Assembly: GCA_032249235.1 (NCBI GenBank) | Contig: JAVVGF010000009.1 | Coordinates: forward strand, 1-26,242 | From: Thermoproteota archaeon | GTDB taxonomy: Archaea > Thermoproteota > Thermoprotei > Gearchaeales > Gearchaeaceae | Length of the DNA stretch: 26,242 nt | Direction of reading: 5' to 3' | Translations under genes and position numbers: made by a program | Part shown: positions 7,220-16,947 of the stretch, piece by piece | Position numbering within the stretch: the first letter of the stretch is position 1 | How the letters are laid out: each line of letters starts with the position of its first letter | The notes under the pieces: model-generated | The model's database searches: none | The model's input: only the letters and a program-made list of their open reading frames with translations | Told to the model about the DNA's origin: nothing

Positions 7220-10200
7220 GGAAATTCGAAAAAATACTGGCTTCTTCCACCAACTATACCTTTCTCTATAAGGGCATTGCTCGTTGCGATGTCCTTTAAA
7301 ATGAGATATCTTAGCAAAGCTACAGGGACTCCATAATGTATCATAGTAACTCTCGTTCCCTTGATATGAACCTTAAGGTCTACTTTATCATACTTCTTCT
7401 CTACCTTAAATTTGATTAACGTGCCAAGCACTATTTCAAATACATTTGTTATTTTTAAGCTATAAGGTTCATCTATACTGCTATCCACTCCAGTGAAAGT
7501 AATTTCTACCTCTAAATTTAGCAGCTTTGTTAAAGGAAACTTTTCTTTGCTTAACTCCTCTCGTATCTTTTTGATATCTTCTTCATTTCTTATTACGAAA
7601 AACTTAGTAGCCACAGGTATTTTAATAGTTATCCATTCTTTTTCTGATAAAGGTATTTTAACTATGCTCCAGCCTTTTTCATCCAAATCAAGAAAAGCTA
7701 TAATGTTAATCTCTCTTGATAACTCCTTTAATTCTTTTTTAGCTTCTTCGGGATTACTCCAAGTATATTCAAAAATGCTATCTAAAGTTCCAGACTGAAA
7801 TTTCTGTAACGTTTCCTTTATGACGGATTTTAAACTAACATTCCAAGGTCTTTCAAATGGATATCTTATTATGCTTTCACCTAATTGAGAAATCTTTTCC
7901 CTAGAAACTTCAATTAAATAACCGCTCTTAATTTTCTTAAAGGTTTCTATTCCACCCTTTATATCATAGTAAATTTTCATTGCTTGATTACCTGCTTCTT
8001 TTTCTATTATGACTTCATTTTGTGGAAAACCAAAATGTTCCTTTATCTGATCCTTAATCAATCTTGTGAAGGGCGACTTTTCGATTATATGTTTCTTTAC
8101 AAGTCCTTCAAATTCTTCAAGACTTATTTTTTCTAAAGCATGAAGAGGATTAATTATTTCCGATCTAACAGCAAAGCCTATAGGAGAAATAACGTATTTG
8201 ATAAGCAAGCTTACTTCACTGATTTTCTCGTAAATAGCTGCGGCTAATGTACGATTAATATTTTCTCCTAAAAATGTTATGAAAATCCAAGTTTTTAGAG
8301 AAGGAATGTGTTCGACTATAATTTTACCACCAGCAATAGCATTTACATAGGAATTTTCTATATTTTTAATGTAATCTAAGATTGTTTCTGCAACTTTTTC
8401 GTCTTTAATTAACTCAGAAGCTGTTTGTGGATTATTGATTATAGAACATAGAATTGTTAACATTTCTTTAGCAACCATTTCGTTTTTTTGAGGGCCTTCT
8501 CCTCTCCATGAAGGAACTTCTCCACCTTCTTTTGCTTCAACTGCAAACACTTTATGTTCTTTCTCATCTATTTCACTAACCTTCCAATTAGAACCTGCAA
8601 ACCTTATCACCATGCCTGTTGCTAAAGACCTATAAACAAAAGATGCATCAATCTCACCTAACTTTTTCTTTTTACCAAATCCCTGTTCAGCCCAAAGAGA
8701 GAAGGTTTCTCGTTTAGGAATCATACTAAAGAATTCTCTAAAATTAAACGAAGGCCACTCTATAGTTTCTAATTCCTCAAACCTCCATATTTTCCAAAAT
8801 CTATCTTTGGGAAACGGTGCTTCATTATTTAAGCTCAATAATCCACTTTTATCCAAATTGTGAATAACTTCGTTAAATTCCTCTTCAGAAAGCGTTTTAA
8901 ACAAGAAACATTTCTTAATTGTTTCATAAATAGACTTTAAGTTGATTGGCGTGAACTGATTTTTATAGCTTTTTATACCTTTATAATTGTGTAAAGCATA
9001 TCCTAAGATTTCTTTAGCTAGAACATCAAGAGGATTTTCTAAAATAATCGGTTCCTCAAGGAAATCTTTATTAAATAAACTTACTAACGCTAAACATTCT
9101 AAGAAGTCTTCAGGATCTGTAGAAATTATTTTGCAAACAGACTTTTCTCCCGGTTTATGAAAGCTTCTACCAGCTCTTTGAATTAAAGCGTTAACTTGAC
9201 CAGGAGATCTAAATTGGATAACCTGTTCTACATCACCAATATCTATACCTAGTTCTAGCGTTTTTGTAGCAATAACAGCTTTTAACAATCCTTCTTTAAA
9301 CTCCTTTTCAACAAACTCTTTTTCCTCAAATCCAATAGAACCATGATGTACTCCAACTTTTATGCCTTTCTTTTCGATTTCAGCTTTTAGTCTTTCCGCA
9401 GAATATCTTGAGTTTACGAATATCAAAGACTTTGTGCCACTGATATGCTCAGCAATCAATCTCGCACCCGCAATAAAAGGATCTTCATTTTCTTCAGGAG
9501 TTAAAGGTATAGCTAGTTTTATTTCAAACTCATGTACTCTTTTCTCAGGAGCACGTATAATCTTCAGTTTTCCATCTGAACCACCAAATACTTCTGAAAC
9601 TAATTCTGCGTTAGAAATCGTAGCTGATAAACAGATTCTTTGGAAGTTTCTTCCTGTAAGTTGTTTTAACCTTTCTAATAAAACCAATAATTGGTAACCT
9701 CTCTTAGAAGAAATAAGTTCATGAACTTCATCAATTACAACACATTTTATAGTTTTTAGATATGGCCACCAACGAGGAGACCAGTCAAGTAATATTTCCA
9801 AACTTTCTGGAGTTGTTATAACAATTTCAGGAACAGGCTTCTTAAATCCCTTATCTACATCACCGTAAAGAGGTCTGACCTTCAAGTTAAGCAAATAAGC
9901 ATAATTTTGTAATCTTTCAGTAAGGTCCTTTGTAAGAGCCTTAAGCGGATTAATATAAAGAATTTTAATGCCGATGTCTTCTTTTTCATTTAAAATTTTA
10001 TGTAAGAGCGGAAAAATAGCTGCTTCAGTTTTTCCAGAACCTGTAGGGCTTATTAAGAGAACGTGCTCGCCTTTAAGTATGGATTCAACACTAAGCTTTT
10101 GAATTTCGGTAGGTTCTGAGAAGCCAAATTTAAAAATTAAGTTTTGAAGCCTCTCATCTAGTAAGTTAAAAGGATAAATTATAGCCGTTTTATTCATCAT
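7216..10200 (-). CDS. lhr: Lhr-family DEAD/DEAH-box SF2 helicase with extended C-terminus
   Basis: PTEIQ Q-motif, SPTGSGKT, YINPLKAL, TTPESL, DEVH...KRG, SAT, VHHGS, TLELGIDIG, QRAGRS-H. Lhr-type downstream features FFSMIP, LGEID and PSWRGE are present. Confidence 0.88.
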   Translation of the reverse strand: MMNKTAIIYPFNLLDERLQNLIFKFGFSEPTEIQKLSVESILKGEHVLLISPTGSGKTEAAIFPLLHKILNEKEDIGIKILYINPLKALTKDLTERLQNYAYLLNLKVRPLYGDVDKGFKKPVPEIVITTPESLEILLDWSPRWWPYLKTIKCVVIDEVHELISSKRGYQLLVLLERLKQLTGRNFQRICLSATISNAELVSEVFGGSDGKLKIIRAPEKRVHEFEIKLAIPLTPEENEDPFIAGARLIAEHISGTKSLIFVNSRYSAERLKAEIEKKGIKVGVHHGSIGFEEKEFVEKEFKEGLLKAVIATKTLELGIDIGDVEQVIQFRSPGQVNALIQRAGRSFHKPGEKSVCKIISTDPEDFLECLALVSLFNKDFLEEPIILENPLDVLAKEILGYALHNYKGIKSYKNQFTPINLKSIYETIKKCFLFKTLSEEEFNEVIHNLDKSGLLSLNNEAPFPKDRFWKIWRFEELETIEWPSFNFREFFSMIPKRETFSLWAEQGFGKKKKLGEIDASFVYRSLATGMVIRFAGSNWKVSEIDEKEHKVFAVEAKEGGEVPSWRGEGPQKNEMVAKEMLTILCSIINNPQTASELIKDEKVAETILDYIKNIENSYVNAIAGGKIIVEHIPSLKTWIFITFLGENINRTLAAAIYEKISEVSLLIKYVISPIGFAVRSEIINPLHALEKISLEEFEGLVKKHIIEKSPFTRLIKDQIKEHFGFPQNEVIIEKEAGNQAMKIYYDIKGGIETFKKIKSGYLIEVSREKISQLGESIIRYPFERPWNVSLKSVIKETLQKFQSGTLDSIFEYTWSNPEEAKKELKELSREINIIAFLDLDEKGWSIVKIPLSEKEWITIKIPVATKFFVIRNEEDIKKIREELSKEKFPLTKLLNLEVEITFTGVDSSIDEPYSLKITNVFEIVLGTLIKFKVEKKYDKVDLKVHIKGTRVTMIHYGVPVALLRYLILKDIATSNALIEKGIVGGRSQYFFEFP

Positions 10201-10279
10201 TATTATTTACATAAACAGCTTAATTATTAGAAAATAATATGTATTTAACTTTCTTTAATATAACAGAGGTTGCTCTTAA
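10201..10279. promoter_or_regulatory. 79-bp divergent promoter region shared by the two helicase genes
   Basis: Head-to-head starts at 10200 and 10280 with an AT-rich spacer containing TATA-like elements. Exact elements were not resolved. Confidence 0.5.
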
Positions 10280-12631
10280 ATGAGTGATTTAAAAGACATA
10301 ACTTTGGCTTATCATTCTTTGATCGATCGTGAGTATAAAAAACATGAAGAAAAAGAAGGAAGAATAGAGGAAGCATATCTAACTTTGTCTGAAGCTATCA
10401 ATACTATAGCCTCAGCTTTGAAATGCGATGTGGATGTGGCGAAAACTCTTTTAGAGAATCTAATTAAAAGAGGTTTTATCGTTTACAATGGAGAAGATAA
10501 GATAAGAACTTTACATTTTGACGTGGCATATAGAGCATCAAACATTACAATCAAGTATGGAAGCCTACGTTATCCGTTAGAAACTAAAATTATTGTCAGA
10601 GACGAAAAAATACCTAGTTTTGCTGACCATTCATTTAATGAGATATCAAGTTTTGTTCCTAAAGATATATACCATATCGTCAAGTATGCTTTATATAAAG
10701 ATCCCAAGGGAATTGAGGGTATTGGTGAAATAGAGGGTTTTTCGGATTTTCAATTCAACGCTATAAAGGCTATCCTAAAAGGTGAAAGAAGGGCATACGT
10801 TCTTATAGCGCCTACCTCAGGCGGCAAAACTTATGCATTTCTAATACCTTCATTAATTATAATTTTACAGGATAAACTTAAGGAAAGAAACAAAAATAAT
10901 ATTAGAATTTTACTCGCTTATCCAAGAAAGTCTCTGGAAAGAGATCAATTTAATAAGATACTCACGATCCTATATAGAGTCAATCAATACTTTAAAAACT
11001 TTGGCCCAAAAGATATGAGAATAACTATTGGTATAGATGATGGAGAAACCCCTTATAAGAAAGATGTTGAATCTGGCTCATCCTTTAGAGGAACTATTTG
11101 TCCTGCTTGTGGGATAGGAGGAAAAGAAGGAGGCGAATTACAATATGCAAAAACTATCGATAAAATATGGATTCGGTGCTCAAATTGCGGAGCTTCATTT
11201 GACTGGATTTACGGATATAGAGAAGAGATTTGGGAGAGGAAACCTGATATTTTATTAACTAATGTCTGGACTCTTGATTGGCGACTCCCTAGTAAAACTA
11301 TTCAGCATGATTATGAAGTTTTTAAAGATCTCAAGATAATTGTATTAGATGAAGCTCACGTCTATCAATCCTTGCTGGGAGGAAATGTTAGATACATATT
11401 AAAAAGATTGGAAATAAGTTCAAAAAATGAACCATTAATTATATTATCCTCCGCAACAATCTCTAAGCCTAAAGAGTTTGCAAGGGACTTGCTTGATTTA
11501 GAACCCGATAAAGATTTTATTGTTATCGAATCTCTAGAAAAAGGAGAAAATAAAAAAGTTATTTACCTAGTCTTGGCAGTAAATCCATTAAGATCCTGGG
11601 AAACAGTTGTTTATGAACTTACTCTGCTTCTCAGCACAGTCTTTTATTATCGAAAAGCTCAAAGTGTTATATTTATTGATAGCATAAGAGAACTATATAG
11701 GATATTCCATCAAGCTAAAGTAGCAGCCGTTTATTATTATGAACCCAAAGATCATTTTAATCAAAAATTAGTTCCTGATCCTTTAGATCCTTATGCGTAT
11801 TGGCCCTATATGCTTGAGTCTAATTTTGATCCTAAAAAGACCCCTCTTGAAATGTTTCAAAAAGTAAGGCTTCATCACGCCGGTGTGAAGGATAGAGAGA
11901 AAATAGAAAAGGAATTCGTAGATGGTAAACTTGGAGTGTTAATTTCGACCTCAACTTTAGAACTCGGAGTTGACTATCCCAATGTAACTTTTATAGGGAT
12001 TGTAGGGGTGCCTTTTATGTTAGAAAGCATACCTCAAAGGATAGGACGTGCTGGAAGGAATATTGAGAAGACCCTCTATACAACTCTAGCTATAATAATA
12101 CTCAAAAATACACCTATGGAGCTTTATTATCTATATAACCACGAAGATCTCATAGAAGGATATAGGAATAAAGAAATTCCGGTTGCATGGAAAAATACAG
12201 CCGTAAAAAGGTACCACGTTCTTTCATTGCTTATGGATGAAATGGGTAGGGAAGGAAAAAATACCTATATTCTGGGTCCGGATGGAAAGTTTACAAACTT
12301 AGATGAATTCGTTGATGAAATAATAAAAATAGCAACAAAAGCGAAAGCTTTATTAAGAAAACTTAATGCGAAAGTCAGAAAAGATGAAGATGTCGATAGT
12401 GAGCTTTTATTTGATGAATTGAATAAAGAGTTTAAAAAGTTACCTATGAAGATAGATGAATGGAAGAAACTGAACGATTATGCTCTTGTTGCAAACGAAG
12501 CACTAAGCACTATTATGAAAGTTGCTAGAAGGGTGTTGGTATTTGGAAAAAAAGTGGGCGATAAAGAATTGGTAAATCACACTATTGAGCTGTTCAAATT
12601 AATAAGGAAAATTTATCCATGGGCAATATAG
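10280..12631 (+). CDS. DEAH-box SF2 helicase of the DrmA/DpdJ/DruE-like (DUF1998-associated) type, with N-terminal wHTH-like region and Zn-ribbon insert
   Basis: FSDFQ, APTSGGKT, YPRKSLERDQ, a CPAC...CSNC insert inside RecA1, DEAH, SSAT, HHAG, STSTLELGVD and QRIGRAGR. Confidence 0.85.
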   Translation: MSDLKDITLAYHSLIDREYKKHEEKEGRIEEAYLTLSEAINTIASALKCDVDVAKTLLENLIKRGFIVYNGEDKIRTLHFDVAYRASNITIKYGSLRYPLETKIIVRDEKIPSFADHSFNEISSFVPKDIYHIVKYALYKDPKGIEGIGEIEGFSDFQFNAIKAILKGERRAYVLIAPTSGGKTYAFLIPSLIIILQDKLKERNKNNIRILLAYPRKSLERDQFNKILTILYRVNQYFKNFGPKDMRITIGIDDGETPYKKDVESGSSFRGTICPACGIGGKEGGELQYAKTIDKIWIRCSNCGASFDWIYGYREEIWERKPDILLTNVWTLDWRLPSKTIQHDYEVFKDLKIIVLDEAHVYQSLLGGNVRYILKRLEISSKNEPLIILSSATISKPKEFARDLLDLEPDKDFIVIESLEKGENKKVIYLVLAVNPLRSWETVVYELTLLLSTVFYYRKAQSVIFIDSIRELYRIFHQAKVAAVYYYEPKDHFNQKLVPDPLDPYAYWPYMLESNFDPKKTPLEMFQKVRLHHAGVKDREKIEKEFVDGKLGVLISTSTLELGVDYPNVTFIGIVGVPFMLESIPQRIGRAGRNIEKTLYTTLAIIILKNTPMELYYLYNHEDLIEGYRNKEIPVAWKNTAVKRYHVLSLLMDEMGREGKNTYILGPDGKFTNLDEFVDEIIKIATKAKALLRKLNAKVRKDEDVDSELLFDELNKEFKKLPMKIDEWKKLNDYALVANEALSTIMKVARRVLVFGKKVGDKELVNHTIELFKLIRKIYPWAI

Positions 12632-15255
12632 ATACGTATATAGAGCAAATAAAAAAGAAACTAGATGAAATTCGTAAGCTGATACGCTCTAAAGAAGATG
12701 AGCTTTATGAAAAAGGATTGTTTAAAGGTTCCAAGGTCGCTAGTTCAATATTAGAAGATATTGCAGATGGAAGAAATAAAATTGAAACTAACAAGATCCA
12801 GTTGCTCAAGTTTATGGAATTATCTAAGAAGTTTAAAGATTCTCCTGAAGAACTCATCTATCTTTTATCATTGCCCGATGTACCAGCTTCGGTAGGATCA
12901 GGGAAACAGATAACAGAGGCTATAGCAGGTTTTAGGGGTCTTGGGATAGAGACTATAGATCACAAAATCGATGAAATAACATATGAAAAAGTTCCATTAA
13001 AAGCAGGTGAACAACCATTATCAGAGGTATCCGTAACGAGCTTTATATACAGAGTCCCACCTTTTGAATTAACTAAATGCGTATATGAAACAGGAAATGA
13101 TAAAGAAATAACAGATATTTTAGGCTCTAGATTTGTCTGGCTTATAAAGCCTAAAGAGGTATCTTGGGATTCGTGGAATGAAATTCTAAATAAAACAACA
13201 GATGGCAGACCTACTTCATTAATCAGGGGTAAATACACTTATGAAGTAGCATTAATTATACCTAAAACTATAGAATTGATCGATCTATCAACAAAAAGTT
13301 TAACCGTGGAGGTTGGAGGGAAATATCAGTTTTTCTTAAAGTTGGGAAGTTCCATGATAGAGAAAGAAACAAATTTAATAAGAACTAAACAAAATTTGCT
13401 TCAATATTTAAGAGAAAAAGAAAAGAATTTAGAAAGAAGCATAGGGAAAACACTGGCGTCTTGGGGATTAAGGCTAGATTATCCTTACTTTTGTTATAAG
13501 GGTTTAGGATTATCGACTGATCCATTTGATAATAGTTGTCCATTTAGAGAAAGATGCCGGCTTGGTAAAGAAAATGGCGGCCCTTGCGACGGAAAAATAT
13601 TTTGGAGCGGAAAATATTATAGAAGAAAATTTTATCCAAAATCTTATCCTTTAAGGAGATTACGTATTGGTAGCGGAGGTTTAAATATATATTATGACAA
13701 ATTCCCACTTTCCCTTATTGATTTTGCAGCATATGAAAAGAAAAGAGTTGAAGCCAGGTGGTATGCAGTTGAGATTGGTACATGGTTTATTAATGCCAGA
13801 CCTGCAGTAAGGATATTTTTCGACACTGAGATTGGCTATGCAATACCAACATCTGTCATGGAAATCTCTTTTGAGAGAGAATGGCTTATCAATAAAGTAA
13901 AAGAAATCTTAGATAAAGAAAAAGAAATAAGAAAAAATTTAGCTCTTAAATTTATCCTTTATAAAGCACTAGGTAAAACTCTTGACTACAATCAGTTAAG
14001 CAAGACCGTTCAAAATTTAATGAATAAAGAAAACGAATTGTCAAAGAAATATATCAAATATGTTGAAGGGTCTGATATTGATGACGAATTTGTAAATTTT
14101 GTTAAAAGAATTCTTTTACATTCAATAAAGCATAATTTAACTCAATATATTTTAGAAAAGTTTGCCGGTGTTGACATGAGTTTTATACTTGCAAAATATT
14201 ATCACAGATATAGCGATAAAATAATCTTAGCAGAAAATGCAAAAAATGGGAGGATAGGTATAGTAGATACTGTTATTAGAGAAATTAAAGAAAAAGGATT
14301 ACATACCTTCATCTATAAGTTCGCAGATTGGGTATCTAGCTATCTTACAGCTCATTCCGATAACTTTGAAAGAGTAACCTTGTTAAGAAAGAAGGAGGCT
14401 GAAAAAACATTAAATCAAGTAATTGATAAATTACAAAAAGGAGATTCGAAAGAACAAAAAATTGCCAAAAAGATTGAGAAAGTATGTAAAAAAGTTGAGG
14501 AATTTAAAAAGAAATTAGATGACTCAAATATAGAGCTTGACATAACACTTGCTAGAACTGTACTTTTAGCTGGTGGAATTATAAGTGAAAGTGACGTAGA
14601 AGAAATAGGTGATTATTTTGATGATATACTTGAAAGATTCGGTTTTAAGCCCTGTTTAGATGGATGTAACGGATGTGTTAGGTTAGAGAGATATTGTGGG
14701 GAAGGAATTCAGCAAATATTAACAACCAGTAGAATGCTACTTCATAAATTTATAGAAGATATAAAAGATACTATAGTGCGTGGATTAACTAAAAGATCTA
14801 ATGAATTAGGAAAATACATAGAACCCATATTGTTTAATGCGAAAAAAAGTTTGGATGTTATTTGCCCATACATTTCTCCGACTTATGCAAAAAAATTAGT
14901 TGAATTAGCTAGTAGAGGAGTAAAAGTAAGGATAATAACTTGGATGCCTAAAAAAGAAGATAAAGAATATAGCTTCCAAAGAGAATCTCTTAGAATTTTG
15001 AGAGAAAACCTTGGACAGGAGAATTTATTAGTAAAAGTGGAAGACAAACCAGAAATTAAGTTGATTCATGATAAAACCTATATCGTAGATAATATTGTTC
15101 TTACAGGATCATTCAATTTGACCGAGAGCGCATTTCACGGAAACTTTGAAAGAGCTGAGATAAAACTTCATCCACAAACGCTTATAAATGAAAAGAATCA
15201 GTTCGAGGAATTATGGATGAGAGCTACAGATCTCTTAAAATATGAAATTAACTAG
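12619..15255 (+). CDS. DUF1998 (MZB)-domain protein fused to a C-terminal PLD/Nuc-family nuclease
   Basis: LLHSIKHNL, ENAKNGRIG and CLDGCNGC...C match the DUF1998 pattern. The C-terminus has VICPYIS, RGVKVRII and HDKTYIVD...TGSFNLT (a single HKD). There is an extra Cys cluster (CPFRERC...GPC). 13-nt overlap with the upstream helicase. Confidence 0.8.
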   Translation: MGNIDTYIEQIKKKLDEIRKLIRSKEDELYEKGLFKGSKVASSILEDIADGRNKIETNKIQLLKFMELSKKFKDSPEELIYLLSLPDVPASVGSGKQITEAIAGFRGLGIETIDHKIDEITYEKVPLKAGEQPLSEVSVTSFIYRVPPFELTKCVYETGNDKEITDILGSRFVWLIKPKEVSWDSWNEILNKTTDGRPTSLIRGKYTYEVALIIPKTIELIDLSTKSLTVEVGGKYQFFLKLGSSMIEKETNLIRTKQNLLQYLREKEKNLERSIGKTLASWGLRLDYPYFCYKGLGLSTDPFDNSCPFRERCRLGKENGGPCDGKIFWSGKYYRRKFYPKSYPLRRLRIGSGGLNIYYDKFPLSLIDFAAYEKKRVEARWYAVEIGTWFINARPAVRIFFDTEIGYAIPTSVMEISFEREWLINKVKEILDKEKEIRKNLALKFILYKALGKTLDYNQLSKTVQNLMNKENELSKKYIKYVEGSDIDDEFVNFVKRILLHSIKHNLTQYILEKFAGVDMSFILAKYYHRYSDKIILAENAKNGRIGIVDTVIREIKEKGLHTFIYKFADWVSSYLTAHSDNFERVTLLRKKEAEKTLNQVIDKLQKGDSKEQKIAKKIEKVCKKVEEFKKKLDDSNIELDITLARTVLLAGGIISESDVEEIGDYFDDILERFGFKPCLDGCNGCVRLERYCGEGIQQILTTSRMLLHKFIEDIKDTIVRGLTKRSNELGKYIEPILFNAKKSLDVICPYISPTYAKKLVELASRGVKVRIITWMPKKEDKEYSFQRESLRILRENLGQENLLVKVEDKPEIKLIHDKTYIVDNIVLTGSFNLTESAFHGNFERAEIKLHPQTLINEKNQFEELWMRATDLLKYEIN

Positions 15256-16588
15256 TTGGAGTTATCTTTAAGATACATAAATATTTTTTACGTTTATGTA
15301 ATCCTTGAGTAGAGGAGGGAATCTTAGGAAAGTCATAACTTGAATGAAGCATAAAGCCATCACCGATACCTTCTTTTATCTTTCTGATAGTTTTTTTTAA
15401 TAAATGCTTATCTTTGTTATGCAGAATCAAAATAATCTTACCATCTTTACGTAAGTGATTAATGTAATTAGTAACAATCTCACAAAGCTTAGCGTTATAC
15501 CATTCTAAATTTTTACCTACTTTCCTATTAACGCATATTTCCTTTTTCCAGTAATCATAAGTTGAAAATCGCGTATCATTACAACTACCTTCTAACCATT
15601 TTTGCCAAAGATAAGTTAATTCAAAGTAATTTATTTCGTCATAGTGCGGGGGATCCAAAACTATAAGATCCACTTTAGGCAATTCATAACAAGCATCGAC
15701 TGCGTCAGCGCAACGTATATAGATGAACTTTTTTTTAGGTGTAATTATTCTTCCATCAAAAGACACTTCGACATGGTAGGGTGAAACTATTCTCAACCAT
15801 TTTTTCTTAAAAGAGTAAAGGAGAGATAATCTTCTCAAGAAAGTTCTACAAAAATTACGTTCCTCTCTTAATGGTGGAACCCAGTATCTGGGTAATTTCC
15901 ACGAAGGGCCCCCATTAGTCGGATGCGGAATCATTTTTGTTGCATTAACCAAGGAAGCGATAAAGACAAGTTTTAAAAGATCTCCTTGAGATTTGTCTTT
16001 TCTCCAGATTTTCTCAATATAGGAGTAAAGTTTAGATACAGCATACAAGTTTCGTCTAGTAAATAATTCTTTAATCTCAATTTGTCTATGCGGGCCGTCT
16101 TTGAAATCTATATTAGTTCCAGGATATACAAATTTCCCTTCTGGATACCAAAATTTCGTTTTAAGATTCTCTTCTACGTACATATACTCTTTAATTATTT
16201 CTCTCTCTTTTGTTTCTCTACCAGAAATGGATTTGAGTAGAATAACTTCATCATTATTCCAAACAGCAAAGTTTACTTTTTCAAAGTTATTAATCGTGTA
16301 AACTTCCTCCTCAATTTCGGAACAAATTTCTCTCATATCTTCAATAGTTTCTCTCTTTAAAGTTTCACCATTTAATACATTATAAGTTATAAATATGGAG
16401 ACGGGATTTATATCAGAAAGGAATCCTGAAACACCAGCAAGAATAGCACAAAAACCTGAAGACCCAGAACCGCAGAACGGATCAACCAATAATTTAGAAT
16501 TTTTGATCTCATAAAACAAAAGTTCAGGATCCTTTCTTGCCCAAAATTTTATTAGAGTATGGATATTAAGTGTGACATTCATCCTCAT
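15248..16588 (-). CDS. DNA amino-methyltransferase (N6-A or N4-C), motif I N-terminal and motif IV C-terminal
   Basis: HTLIKFWARK, DPFCGSGS (motif I), DINP, ELFTRRNL and LDPPHYDEINY (motif IV variant). This resembles the COG1743/DUF1156-related archaeal MTases, but without a Zn ribbon. Confidence 0.85.
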   Translation of the reverse strand: MRMNVTLNIHTLIKFWARKDPELLFYEIKNSKLLVDPFCGSGSSGFCAILAGVSGFLSDINPVSIFITYNVLNGETLKRETIEDMREICSEIEEEVYTINNFEKVNFAVWNNDEVILLKSISGRETKEREIIKEYMYVEENLKTKFWYPEGKFVYPGTNIDFKDGPHRQIEIKELFTRRNLYAVSKLYSYIEKIWRKDKSQGDLLKLVFIASLVNATKMIPHPTNGGPSWKLPRYWVPPLREERNFCRTFLRRLSLLYSFKKKWLRIVSPYHVEVSFDGRIITPKKKFIYIRCADAVDACYELPKVDLIVLDPPHYDEINYFELTYLWQKWLEGSCNDTRFSTYDYWKKEICVNRKVGKNLEWYNAKLCEIVTNYINHLRKDGKIILILHNKDKHLLKKTIRKIKEGIGDGFMLHSSYDFPKIPSSTQGLHKRKKYLCILKITPTS

Positions 16589-16590
16589 TT

Positions 16591-16740
16591 CTAAATTTTT
16601 ACTTCATCTTTAATTTTAAGAGCGTTAAGCCGTCTAAAAGTTGCTGATACTACCCGAATTTGTTTTACAGCCTCGCTAATTAAGAAAGTAGGCAAAGCCT
16701 TCTTGATCAATTCTGAAGATTTTTGTCGTTGTTTATACAT
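16591..16740 (-). CDS. 49-aa ORF with a degenerate MerR/excisionase-like HTH, directly upstream of the MTase (not in ORF track)
   Basis: MYKQRQKSSELIKKALPTFLISEAVKQIRVVSATFRRLNALKIKDEVKI*. The stop lies 2 nt before the MTase ATG. ISEAVKQIRVVSATFRR resembles an ISEAAK.LGVS..TLRR consensus. Confidence 0.4.
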   Translation of the reverse strand: MYKQRQKSSELIKKALPTFLISEAVKQIRVVSATFRRLNALKIKDEVKI

Positions 16741-16947
16741 CACAATTTTTATTTGTATTTAGTATATATATATTCACACCATCCGCTTAATATAAGATAA
16801 TTATATCAAAGAGTGTATATCAAACTGACTACGGATAAAAATTTAAATGATTCAACAATTATTCATACTTTTACAAACGCAGAAACCTTATTTTATCAAC
16901 TTTAAATTATTTTAAAATATATCCACTAAAAATTAAATTTTCGCCAA

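Noticed and set aside
10280-16588. Calling the locus canonical DISARM, Dpd or Druantia
   Set aside because: No SNF2 DrmD, DrmE, C5-MTase, DpdA/B/C or DruA-D homolog is recognisable in the window. The PLD is fused and the MTase is convergent, so gene symbols were withheld.
2656-16918. 15-bp direct repeat aaattattttaaaat at 2656-2670 and 16904-16918 as att sites or a target duplication
   Set aside because: A/T-only sequence in very AT-rich spacers, plausible by chance, and no integrase or tRNA in the window. Its position just inside both Zn-ribbon genes is noted but is insufficient evidence.
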